From: Candidatus Thorarchaeota archaeon
GTDB lineage: Archaea > Asgardarchaeota > Thorarchaeia > Thorarchaeales > Thorarchaeaceae
Assembly (NCBI GenBank): GCA_003345595.1
Contig: PRDI01000117.1
Location: forward strand, 1 to 45,187
Direction: 5' to 3'
Length of the DNA stretch: 45,187 nt
The notes under the pieces are model-generated. The model saw only the letters and a program-made list of their open reading frames with translations. It did no database searches and was not told the origin of the DNA. Of this stretch, positions 36,320 to 45,187 are shown one piece after another. A program made the position numbers and the translations under genes. Positions within the stretch are counted from its first letter, which is position 1; every line of letters begins with the position of its first letter.

Positions 36320-36409
36320 TGATGGAGTACCAAGACATAACTCATAAAAAGCCGACCCATAGCTGTCACCATTGAGCAACAGAGCCTTTTGCGCAATGGA
36401 GCGACAACC

Positions 36410-36913
36410 ATGGCATGGACGATCCGGCAGTTTGAACGCAGCGACATAGAGTCGGTCGTCGAGATCAACAGGACATGTCTCCCTGAGAACTACCCAGAAC
36501 AGTTCTTCCTAGGGCTTTACTACCACGCACCGAAGGCGTTTCTAGTCGCACTTGTTGATGATGTGGTTGTGGGCTACATCATGTGCAGGATTGAGAGAGG
36601 TATGTCCACCTATGGGCGATCTCCTGTGAAGAAGGGCCACATCGTGTCGGTCGCCGTAGCAAATGGACAACGTCATCAAGGGATAGGGTCAGACCTCGTA
36701 AAGGCCGCAATGATGGCAATGATAGGCTACGGTGCTTCAGAGTGCTTCCTTGAAGTACGCAAGTCGAATGAGGCGGCGATTTCCATCTACGAGAACCTGG
36801 CCTTCGAGATAAAGCGTCTTCTGAAAGGATACTACAGAGATGGAGAAGATGCCTACTTGATGACAAAGAAGCTCGACGCCGCGCCGGAGGCGAGCATTGA
36901 TGCTGGCGGATGA
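36410..36913 (+). CDS. ard1: N-terminal acetyltransferase, Ard1/NAA10-like
   Basis: INRTCLPENY, VVGYIMCRIE, GHIVSVAV, LEVRKSN..AI..Y, YYRDGEDAY.M. Confidence 0.88.
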   Translation: MAWTIRQFERSDIESVVEINRTCLPENYPEQFFLGLYYHAPKAFLVALVDDVVVGYIMCRIERGMSTYGRSPVKKGHIVSVAVANGQRHQGIGSDLVKAAMMAMIGYGASECFLEVRKSNEAAISIYENLAFEIKRLLKGYYRDGEDAYLMTKKLDAAPEASIDAGG

Positions 36914-37832
36914 CATTGTCGTGCCCCTCATACCTGAGTGTTCAGCATGTATCGTAGACAGTCTGGAAACCCTCATTCCTCTACTTGCAGAAAACAAAGA
37001 AGAACAGTTCGAGCTTTTCAGACTAGCTTACAGGCGGTTGTCTGAGGGCTGCAAACAGGGAGTTGAGCCCGTCATTCTCTCCATCTTGCTATACAGGGAG
37101 CTGTATTCTCTCAAGGGTGTTGAGAACCCTTTGAGGGAAATCAAGCGAATGAGCATCAAGGCTGCACAGAGAGCCCTGCCAGAGGTTGAGAGGGAAGTGT
37201 CCTCACAGACAGATTACGAGAAGCTGAGAGCCGCACTGGCTGCATCGATCGCTGGTAACCTTATTGACTACAACACATCTAGTCACAGGCCAGACCTAGA
37301 TAAGCTAGTGGTCTCATACAGAGCATTGCTGTCCGAGGGGTTCGCCATCGACGACTCTCGGAGCATGTGGGAGTCACTGACCCATAGAAAAGGAACACTG
37401 GTCTTTCTAGCAGATAACGCAGGCGAAACTCTCTTCGACACACCCTTGGTCCGACTTACCAGAGAACTGGGATGGAACATAGACTATGTGGTCAAGGCCA
37501 GAGCCATGGTTAATGATGCGACAGAGGAGGATGTGAGGGGGACCGAAATAGAGGGCCTCGCGAGAATCATCACGACCGGCGCATGGGCACACGGCGTTCC
37601 CAAGCGATGGGTCAGTCAAGAATTCCTAGACACAGTGGCAAGGTCAGATATGGTGATATCAAAAGGGCAGGCGAACATCGAAACCTTTCCAGAGATACAA
37701 AAGGACAGCGGCATTGAAACCTACTATGTGCTGAAAGCGAAGTGTCCTCACATCGCTCAGGCAATCAACGCCAAGAAAGGTGACAACGTCGTCCTGCGCA
37801 GACCACTGAAGGTGGGATGGACTGGCCCCTAA
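36897..37832 (+). CDS. ARMT1-like/DUF89 damage-control phosphatase
   Basis: ECSAC, AGNLID, DNAGE..FD, NDA, SKGQAN.E, KAKC. Confidence 0.9.
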   Translation: MMLADDIVVPLIPECSACIVDSLETLIPLLAENKEEQFELFRLAYRRLSEGCKQGVEPVILSILLYRELYSLKGVENPLREIKRMSIKAAQRALPEVEREVSSQTDYEKLRAALAASIAGNLIDYNTSSHRPDLDKLVVSYRALLSEGFAIDDSRSMWESLTHRKGTLVFLADNAGETLFDTPLVRLTRELGWNIDYVVKARAMVNDATEEDVRGTEIEGLARIITTGAWAHGVPKRWVSQEFLDTVARSDMVISKGQANIETFPEIQKDSGIETYYVLKAKCPHIAQAINAKKGDNVVLRRPLKVGWTGP

Positions 37833-37994
37833 CCTCGAAACATGCCGACAACCTTTTTAGCTCACAGGAGCCAGCGGCGCCGTCAGAGATGGGTTCGGAA
37901 GATAATCTTTAAATGCTAAACGCGAAGTCCATGTACAGTTTTATGAGCTGGTCTGGCCGGCAGTTGCGGCTAGACTAGGTTGGAGGCGCTAGCG

Positions 37995-39644
37995 ATGAGC
38001 CAGCAGCAGATACCAGTAATCGTACTCAAAGAAGGCACAGAAAGGAGCACTGGTCGCGATGCCCAGAGGAACAACATCATGGCAGCTATTGTGATCGCCG
38101 AAGCGGTCAAGTCTGCTCTTGGTCCGAAAGGTATGGACAAGATGCTCGTGGATTCCTTTGGTGATGTCACCGTGACCAATGACGGTGCAACAATCCTCAA
38201 GGAGATGGACGTCGCACACCCAGCGGCGAAGATGGTCATTGAGGTCAGCAAGACAGTCGACTCCGAAGTCGGCGATGGCACGACATCCGCGGCCGTCCTG
38301 ACGGGCGAGCTTCTGAAGCAAGCGGAAACTCTTCTGGATCAGAAGATCCATCCGACAACAATCATAACGGGCTACAGGAAAGCAGCCGCAAAGGCGCTTG
38401 AGGTAGTAGATTCGGTGGCAGAGCCTGTCGACCCGGCAAGCCCGGCATTCAAAAAGCTTCTTGTCGATGTTGCCAAGACAGCCATGTGCAGCAAATTCGT
38501 GTCTTCGGCAAAGGAAGGTCTAGCCGACGTTGTGGTGGAAGCAATCTTGGCCGTGAGCAAAGACCTTGCGCCTGACACGGAGATTGACATGGACAACATC
38601 CAGCGGCAGAAGCAGCATGGAATGTCTGTCGCCGCAACAGAGCTTGTGAGAGGCATCGTTCTTGACAAGGAGGTTGTTCACTCAGGCATGCCTCTGAAAG
38701 TAGAGAATGCTCGGATTGCTCTCTTGGAGTGCGCTCTCGAGATCACAAAGACTGAGATGACAGCAAAAATCGCGATTCATGACCCCGAGTCCATGCAGGG
38801 CTTCCTCAATGAGGAGGAGAGGATGCTGAAGAGCATGGTCGACAAAGTCATTGAATCTGGTGCTAATGTTGTGATCTGTCAGAAAGGCATTGACGATGTG
38901 GCACAACACTTCCTCGCTAAGAGCGGCATTCTCGCAGTGAGGAGGATCAAGAAGTCGGACGTTGAGCGACTCCACAAGGCCACTGGAGCTACGATTGTAT
39001 CCAAGATCCACAACCTCACAAAGGCGGACCTCGGCAAGGCGAAGCTAGTCGAGCAAAGGAAAGTCGGTAACGACAAGATGCTGTTTGTCGAAGGCACGCC
39101 CAAGTCAGCTGCCGTCACTATGTTGATCAGAGGTAGTACTGAACACGTGGTGGACGAGGTCGACCGCGCTGTGAATGATGCGCTGTACGTCGTGCGTGAT
39201 GTCATCATGCACCCCAAGATCAACTACGGAGGCGGTGCAATAGAGGCTGAAGTAGCAGTCAAGCTGAGAGACTTCGCATCGACTCTGGAGGGACGTGAAC
39301 AGTACGCTGTGAGGGCATTCGCTGATGCAATTGAGGTCATTCCCATAACTCTCGCAGAGAACGCAGGTCTTGACCCAGTCGACGTCTTGGTTGACCTCCG
39401 GACGGCCCACACCGAGGGTAAGACCACGTTCGGCATCGACATCGAGAAGGGCAAGGTAGCCGACATGAAGAGGACCCGCGTTGTCGAACCCACTCTCGTG
39501 AAGAAGCAGGTGATTTCCTCAGCAGCTGAGGCCTCTCAGATGATCCTGAAGATCGATGATGTCATCAGCTCAAAGGGTAAGGGTGGACTTGGCGGTGCAG
39601 GCGAAAAGGGCAAGAAGCCGGACCGCGAAATGGACGAGGACTAG
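37995..39644 (+). CDS. ths: Thermosome (group II chaperonin) subunit
   Basis: [51 protein letters not shown]; TTTAAA TATA-like box at ~37908. Confidence 0.96.
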   Translation: MSQQQIPVIVLKEGTERSTGRDAQRNNIMAAIVIAEAVKSALGPKGMDKMLVDSFGDVTVTNDGATILKEMDVAHPAAKMVIEVSKTVDSEVGDGTTSAAVLTGELLKQAETLLDQKIHPTTIITGYRKAAAKALEVVDSVAEPVDPASPAFKKLLVDVAKTAMCSKFVSSAKEGLADVVVEAILAVSKDLAPDTEIDMDNIQRQKQHGMSVAATELVRGIVLDKEVVHSGMPLKVENARIALLECALEITKTEMTAKIAIHDPESMQGFLNEEERMLKSMVDKVIESGANVVICQKGIDDVAQHFLAKSGILAVRRIKKSDVERLHKATGATIVSKIHNLTKADLGKAKLVEQRKVGNDKMLFVEGTPKSAAVTMLIRGSTEHVVDEVDRAVNDALYVVRDVIMHPKINYGGGAIEAEVAVKLRDFASTLEGREQYAVRAFADAIEVIPITLAENAGLDPVDVLVDLRTAHTEGKTTFGIDIEKGKVADMKRTRVVEPTLVKKQVISSAAEASQMILKIDDVISSKGKGGLGGAGEKGKKPDREMDED

Positions 39645-39668
39645 AATACCAGCAGCAAGGTGCAACTC

Positions 39669-40334
39669 ATGTCAGACGACTTCGACAAGGACGAGCCAGG
39701 TCCTGACGAATATGAAGAGGAACAAGAACCTGCCTTTGTCCTGACACGTATTCCCGGCGTCGGGCCAAAGACAGCTGAAAAGCTTGTTGCCTCAGGCTAC
39801 GGCGAAATCGAGAAGATTGCAGCAGTAGATGCTGAAACTCTCGTGAATGCAGTGCCAGGTCTCAGCAAGGCAAAAGCCGAGGCCATCGTCAGCGAAGCGC
39901 AAGGACTTGTCGAAGCAGCTTCTGAGGCTGCGGAGGTTGGCGAGAAGGGCAAGAAGACCAAACGGAAGAAGGTCACCGAGATCGAGCCTCAGAAAGTTGA
40001 ACTCCCCCCAGCGACGGAGATTGCTCCGGATGAGCAGCCAAAATCACTGGACACAGGATACGACAAGGAGAAGGTCGAGATGGGCATTGGCACCGGGCTG
40101 AAGTGGCTTTCGAAGTATGAGAAGGCCCGGGTCATTGGTGCCCGTGCACTGCAGATATCCATGGGTGCCCCCGTCCTAATCGACATGAGCACTGCACCCA
40201 AAGGGCTGTTTGCTCTGGCTGAAGCCGAGCTGAGTGCAGGAGTCCTGCCGATGACGGTCAGGCGCACTCTACCGACAGGAGAGTATTTCGACATCCCGCT
40301 GTCGATTCTTCTCAAGAGCACGAGGCTGAGCTGA
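39669..40334 (+). CDS. rpoK: RNA polymerase subunit Rpo6 (K) with N-terminal acidic tail and helix-hairpin-helix domain
   Basis: C-terminal LSKYEKARVIGARALQISMGAP...AEL....LPMTVRR.LP; N-terminal IPGVGPKTAEKL..SG and VPGLSKAKA HhH pair. Confidence 0.92.
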   Translation: MSDDFDKDEPGPDEYEEEQEPAFVLTRIPGVGPKTAEKLVASGYGEIEKIAAVDAETLVNAVPGLSKAKAEAIVSEAQGLVEAASEAAEVGEKGKKTKRKKVTEIEPQKVELPPATEIAPDEQPKSLDTGYDKEKVEMGIGTGLKWLSKYEKARVIGARALQISMGAPVLIDMSTAPKGLFALAEAELSAGVLPMTVRRTLPTGEYFDIPLSILLKSTRLS

Positions 40335-40451
40335 TTCTCAGCCTCTGCCCTATTCTTTTTCGTGTTATTCCCACAATAGACCAAAAGAGGAGATAACAAA
40401 ACGCCTTAAGAGCCATTGAGTCAGGCTCATAGGTCCGGATAGTGGTACTAC

Positions 40452-41792
40452 ATGCAGGGACTCTTCCTTCCCGAAGACCTCGTCATCAGATGCTTGATCG
40501 GTTTTGCTGTTGGGGCACTCATTGGGCTAGAGAGACAGAAACGCATGACCGAGGAGCTGTCCCTAGGTGTGAGATCTTTCGGACTGCACAGTCTTCTGGG
40601 TACACTGTCAGCCTACGTCTTCACAGTCTCTGGAAACCCCTATGTGCTCATATATGCAGTCTGCATTTCCGTTGTTCTGACAACGGTGCAAGTCGTATTC
40701 AAGCTGTTCAGGACAATGCGCAAGGGCTTGACCACGTCCTTGGCGTTTGCCATGTCGTTTGTGCTTGGAACTCTCGTAGGCCTTGACACAACTCCATCAT
40801 CTGCCCAGCTGATCGGGGTTCTGGAACTGTTAGCGATGACCGTCGCCTTCCTTGTGTTCCTAGTCCTCAGCTTCAAAGAAGAGCTGACTGCTGCCATAGC
40901 ATCAATCAGTCATGAAGAGATGATAAGTGCAGCAGAGTTTGGAGTACTCGTACTCTTTCTCTGGCCAATCATGTTGCCAATCCAGACAGTTCAGATCGGG
41001 CCAGTTGCCTTCCCCCTGTTTCAGACATACATAATCATAGTGATCCTGTTGTCCATTCGGTTCACCAACTATATAGTCGTGAAGAAATACAAGAGCCGGG
41101 GCCCGTACTTCTTTGGCTTCTTCGGTGGCTTCGCGAACAGTGAGGCAACAGCTTCAAGCATCACGGACTTCCACAATGCGACCCAAGAGAAGTTCCCGGG
41201 CAGGATGTCTCTAGCCATCATGCTCGACAACATCGCGATGGTGGTGAGAAATGGTATTCTGGTCGTCATCCTTGACCCGAGTCTGATGATATTCAGGTTG
41301 TACATTGGCCCATTGGCCATTTTTACAGTGATCGGGACAATCAGGATAATCCATGAGAGGACGAAGAGAGTGAAGCCCGAGTCAGAGGACATCGGTGTTG
41401 GGTTCGCGTCCCCATTCTCTCTGCATGTGGCGCTGCGGTTTGCCCTCGTCTTTTCAGTAGTCACATTCCTGGCCCTGTTCTTGGAGAAGTCCATTGCTGA
41501 CTGGGGCATCATCTTTGCAGCAGTTGTCGGGGGCTTCGCCACTGCTGGAGCAATTGTCACCGTCGCGTGTGCCTCATACGCTGTGGGCGCTCTGGCTCTG
41601 GACACTGCGGTGCTCGCAGTCATCATTGCCACTACTACGTCAGTGCTGAACAAGGTCATCTATGTCTTTGTCGGAGACTACAATGGTGACCGAACGCTCA
41701 CTTGGTACGTCGCAAAGGACTCGTTCGTGATGGTTGTAGGTGTGGTCATCTACATCCTATTGCTCCAGACGGGTTTCATCCCAATCACGTGA
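40452..41792 (+). CDS. MgtC/SapB + DUF4010 membrane protein
   Basis: GALIGLERQ, GVRSF, GLTT, FFGGFANSEA, PFSL..ALRF; multi-TM. Confidence 0.85.
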   Translation: MQGLFLPEDLVIRCLIGFAVGALIGLERQKRMTEELSLGVRSFGLHSLLGTLSAYVFTVSGNPYVLIYAVCISVVLTTVQVVFKLFRTMRKGLTTSLAFAMSFVLGTLVGLDTTPSSAQLIGVLELLAMTVAFLVFLVLSFKEELTAAIASISHEEMISAAEFGVLVLFLWPIMLPIQTVQIGPVAFPLFQTYIIIVILLSIRFTNYIVVKKYKSRGPYFFGFFGGFANSEATASSITDFHNATQEKFPGRMSLAIMLDNIAMVVRNGILVVILDPSLMIFRLYIGPLAIFTVIGTIRIIHERTKRVKPESEDIGVGFASPFSLHVALRFALVFSVVTFLALFLEKSIADWGIIFAAVVGGFATAGAIVTVACASYAVGALALDTAVLAVIIATTTSVLNKVIYVFVGDYNGDRTLTWYVAKDSFVMVVGVVIYILLLQTGFIPIT

Positions 41793-41950
41793 CCTTCCTC
41801 AAGCCAAGCGGAAGGCTTAAAGAAGCAATGAGTGACGGTCAGCCTGGTGACAACAGTGATCGGTCGTGGATCTGTTCATACTGGATTCTGAATACCTTAG
41901 GACAGACCAGACCTCACTTGATTTCGTCAACACTTCTGGAGGACAATGGT

Positions 41951-43255
41951 TTGAGTGAGATGAGAGTAGTTCGCGGTATGAGGGACCTGATGGGTCCCGA
42001 GATGTACATCAGCGACTATCTGATTGAAACGGCGATCAAGGTGTTCCGCCTGTTCAACTATGAGCCTCTGGACTCCCCCGTGCTTGAGCTTTGGGAAACG
42101 CTCGCGGCCAAGGGAGGCGAGGAAGTTGAGTCTGACACGTTCAAGTTCACAGACAAGGGCGGACGCGAAGTAGGCCTAAGGTTTGACCTCACAGTCCCGC
42201 TAGCGCGGATTGTTGCGACAAGTCCCCATCTCCTGAAACCATTCAAGAGATACGCTATTGGCAAGGCGTGGCGATACGACAGGCCTCAGGCAGGTCGTTA
42301 CAGGGAGTTCACTCAAGCGGACGTGGATATCATTGGTGCGAGCAGTTCCGCAGCTGATGCCGAGGTGGTCCTGGTGGCGTTGGAGTTCTTCAGGAGAATA
42401 CTCGGGAAGGACTATGTGGTTCGAATCAACAACAGGAAAGTGCTCAAGGGCTTGACTGAGAAAGCCAGCATTCCCGATTCGCTCGCATACGAGTGCTTCA
42501 GAGCGATTGACAAGCTGGACAAGATAGGAAGGGACGGAGTGCTTGAGGAACTAAGAAACCGGGGGATTGATGCAGAGCAAAGTGGCTTCCTTCTGGACAA
42601 CATAGCACTTAGAGGCAAGGGCACTGACATCCTTGAGGAGTTCAGAGAGCTCCTGAAAGGATCCGAGATTGGCCTACGCGGAGTTGATGAACTGCGCACC
42701 ATGTCCGACATATTCGAGGCTGCCAATGCGACCGACGTCACCGAATTCGACATGTCACTCGCTCGAGGTCTCGACTACTACACCGGGCCTGTCTTCGAGG
42801 GTCAATACCTTGGAGAACCACATGTAGGTTCGGTGGCCGGTGGTGGCCGCTATGACAATCTTATCGAGAAGCTAGGTGGAGTACCGACTCCTGCGACCGG
42901 CCTATCACTTGGGATTGGCAGACTCATCGATATCATGCTTGCCAAAGGACTCGGAGAGACTCTCGCCCCGAGGCTCGATGCGCTCATCGCACCGGTCACA
43001 ACCTCTGTGTTGGCGAGTGGCATGAAAATCATGGGTGACCTCGTGAGAGCAGGCATCTCATGTGAGATTGACCTCATGGAGAGAAACCTCAAGAAGCTCC
43101 TCGAACAGGCTGACTCGAAAAGGGCGAGGTATGTCGTAATAGTGGGCGAACGCGACCTCAAGAAAGGAGAGGTCAGTCTACGTGACATGACAACCAAGGC
43201 AACCCGACAGGTCAAACTCGATGGCCTCGTGGAAACGTTTGGAGAGAAGAGCTAG
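41951..43255 (+). CDS. hisS: Histidine--tRNA ligase
   Basis: RGMRD, LRFDLTVPLAR, WRYDRPQAGRYREFTQAD, RGLDYYTG, GGGRYD. Start TTG 41951 (GGAGG SD) or ATG 41960. Confidence 0.96.
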   Translation: MSEMRVVRGMRDLMGPEMYISDYLIETAIKVFRLFNYEPLDSPVLELWETLAAKGGEEVESDTFKFTDKGGREVGLRFDLTVPLARIVATSPHLLKPFKRYAIGKAWRYDRPQAGRYREFTQADVDIIGASSSAADAEVVLVALEFFRRILGKDYVVRINNRKVLKGLTEKASIPDSLAYECFRAIDKLDKIGRDGVLEELRNRGIDAEQSGFLLDNIALRGKGTDILEEFRELLKGSEIGLRGVDELRTMSDIFEAANATDVTEFDMSLARGLDYYTGPVFEGQYLGEPHVGSVAGGGRYDNLIEKLGGVPTPATGLSLGIGRLIDIMLAKGLGETLAPRLDALIAPVTTSVLASGMKIMGDLVRAGISCEIDLMERNLKKLLEQADSKRARYVVIVGERDLKKGEVSLRDMTTKATRQVKLDGLVETFGEKS

Positions 43256-43360
43256 GCTTTTGGTTCTGACAGTGGACTACTTGGTGAAGGCAGTCTTGCC
43301 TCTGTCCGGCCACCAATGCATTTTTCTCATACAATGCAGCTGGAATATGAGGGCCTGTCT

Positions 43361-44200
43361 ATGACACGCATACCGGTTGTTGCAGGGTCTTTCTACGAGG
43401 GACAGTCAGACATACTCCTCAAGCGCTTAGCGAACTCTTTCCTGAAGGGTCTCGGACCAGGGAAGCTTCCCGAAGGCGAGCCGGGCAATTCGAGGAAACT
43501 CAGGGCGCTCGTTTCTCCTCATGCCGGCTACATGTACTCAGGAATGCCTGCAGCTCACAGCTACCTCAGGCTCTTCGAGGACGGAAAACCTGAGCACATC
43601 GTCATCCTCGGACCGAATCATACTGGGAGGGGAGGTCGACTGGCAGTCTGCGACGAGGACTGGGAAACACCACTTGGCACTGTCAAATACGACAGGCAGC
43701 TCGGACAACAAATCGTAGACCAGAACAAGACCGCCATGATAGACTGCGTTGCACACAGCGCTGAGCATTCGATAGAGGTTCAGCTACCGTTTCTCCAGTT
43801 CATATTCAGGAAGGGGCTTAGCTTCGTACCCGTGTGCATAAGTGATCAGAGCTATGAAGTGTGCGAGTCGATTGGCAACACCTTGGCGAAGCTCGGCGAA
43901 AAGATGGACATTCTGGTGATAGCAAGCTCTGACTTCACTCATTTCGAAACCGCCGAGAGTGCCAAGAAGAAGGACAACCAAGCGCTAGAGTATCTTGAGA
44001 ATATGGACCCCGAGGGGTTCCTTCGGTTTGTCAGGGGTCATGGCCTCAGCATCTGCGGCGCAGGTCCGATTGCTGCGGCCATGATATTCGCCATTCAGCG
44101 AGGGGCCACTGAGTTCAAAGTGCTGAAGTACACAAACTCGGGTGAAGTCACCGGGGACAAGGGTCATGTTGTAGCCTATTGCGCCGCTGAGATCCTTTAG
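43361..44200 (+). CDS. MEMO1-family protein (AmmeMemoRadiSam protein B)
   Basis: VAGSFY, PHAGYMYSG, GPNH, WETPLG, EHSIEVQLPFLQ, ASSDFTH, ICG.GP, YTNSG. Confidence 0.92.
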   Translation: MTRIPVVAGSFYEGQSDILLKRLANSFLKGLGPGKLPEGEPGNSRKLRALVSPHAGYMYSGMPAAHSYLRLFEDGKPEHIVILGPNHTGRGGRLAVCDEDWETPLGTVKYDRQLGQQIVDQNKTAMIDCVAHSAEHSIEVQLPFLQFIFRKGLSFVPVCISDQSYEVCESIGNTLAKLGEKMDILVIASSDFTHFETAESAKKKDNQALEYLENMDPEGFLRFVRGHGLSICGAGPIAAAMIFAIQRGATEFKVLKYTNSGEVTGDKGHVVAYCAAEIL

Positions 44201-45187
44201 CTAGTTGACGACGGCGTCCGAGCGTCCTTCGCCCTGACCGCCTTCCTCGGCTCCTCTCGCCTGTCTGATGACCCTATCTGGAAGCAAGGCCGCACCAGAT
44301 AGTGCACCAATTAGTGACACAAGGTATCCTAAGGCAAGACTCTCAGTGGCGACGCCGCTGCTCTCGTACAAGAACCCACCAAGCAGAGGAGCCACAACAT
44401 ATCCACTGTTGCTGACGGCACCAAAGACCCCCATGACAGAGCCATAGACACGCTTGTCCGTAAGGTCCGCAATCATGGCCTGCGTGGTGGGACCTCTCAT
44501 TGATACTGCCAGACCCAAGACCGCGCCGCCTCCAACGAAGCTGATAATGTCTGATCCTATCATGAACATAAAGAGTGACAATGCCCCCAACAATGATCCA
44601 AGGACTATCAACCACTTCCGTCCCACGCGGTCCGAAATCATTCCAAACCCGATGTTACCTACGATTATGACCAAGCCAATAACTCCAAAGAAGAGCCCTA
44701 TGGTCAGCGGTGTCACATTGAACCGGGATACTACATCTAGTATGAAGGCGACTTCAAGGATTCCAATCGCGAAGACATTGGCGAAGACTGACAGACCCAG
44801 CGCGACATACGCTTTCGGTTTCAGTGAGAGGACCTGCATGATAGAGAGATGGTCGCTGCTGTCCGCCAGATGCCCAAGACGTGTTTCTGGTTCAGTCACA
44901 AGAGTCTGCAGAGAAACGAGAGTTACCAAGGCCAACAACGCCGTGATGATGAAAGGAAGCCTGATACCCAAGAACTCTGCCAGCACGCCGCCCACGGTGG
45001 GACCAATGATGAAACCAACCATGTTACCTATGCCCAAGTAGCCCATCGCCTTTCCTCGGTTGGTGGGTATCGTCACGTCCGCAACGAATGCGTTTGCGGC
45101 AGGGAAGAACCCGGCAGACACGGCCCCCTCGCCGAAACGCGCCACGGTCATTATGATCACATCGCCTGCAAAAGCGTAGACCACATT
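44201..45187 (-). CDS. MFS transporter (DHA1-like), 5' end outside the window
   Basis: ARFGEG, RGKAMG, GP.VGG, GMISDRVGRK motif A repeat; multi-TM. Confidence 0.9.
   Translation of the reverse strand, partial: NVVYAFAGDVIIMTVARFGEGAVSAGFFPAANAFVADVTIPTNRGKAMGYLGIGNMVGFIIGPTVGGVLAEFLGIRLPFIITALLALVTLVSLQTLVTEPETRLGHLADSSDHLSIMQVLSLKPKAYVALGLSVFANVFAIGILEVAFILDVVSRFNVTPLTIGLFFGVIGLVIIVGNIGFGMISDRVGRKWLIVLGSLLGALSLFMFMIGSDIISFVGGGAVLGLAVSMRGPTTQAMIADLTDKRVYGSVMGVFGAVSNSGYVVAPLLGGFLYESSGVATESLALGYLVSLIGALSGAALLPDRVIRQARGAEEGGQGEGRSDAVVN

Noticed and set aside
39642-39671. Thermosome-rpoK in-frame readthrough of TAG
   Set aside because: In frame, but rpoK has its own AAGGTG SD and ATG, so no recoding is needed. 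The same applies to the adjacent hydG TAG / hydD ATG.
41702-41950. 83-aa N-terminal extension of HisRS
   Set aside because: Overlaps the upstream gene and promoter; HisRS homology starts at RGMRD with an SD just upstream of 41951.

Overview
Gene-dense archaeal chromosomal segment with about 40 CDS. I found no rRNA, tRNA, CRISPR array or transposase. Archaeal-type MAT, GlyRS, TrpRS, thermosome, Rpo6, Fap7/AK6 and PPAT, together with several eukaryote-like proteins, suggest an Asgard archaeon, most likely Thorarchaeia (inference, not a database result). Housekeeping content: GlyRS, TrpRS, HisRS, AlaX, class II HMG-CoA reductase, MAT, thermosome, a four-gene group 3b [NiFe]-hydrogenase operon, an orphan N6-adenine methyltransferase, MEMO1 and an MFS transporter. 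Most notable observations: (1) a 218-aa protein resembling both CINP and C1orf109, adaptors of the eukaryotic AFG2/SPATA5 complex; (2) a convergent pair of SNAP-like solenoid paralogs, one with Ig-like domains; (3) a dispersed set of Psp/YdjGI-type envelope-stress components (YbjN-like protein, two Zn-ribbon membrane paralogs, a helical protein, SPFH-Zn-ribbon); (4) Rpo6 with an acidic RPB6-like N-tail and an HhH domain; (5) coaD in frame behind the TGA of an M28 peptidase with no good start of its own; (6) two G-U-rich multi-hairpin RNA structures directly after stop codons. Family calls rest on motifs recognised by eye and on reference sequences recalled from memory; RNA folds were paired by hand. 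All need computational confirmation.
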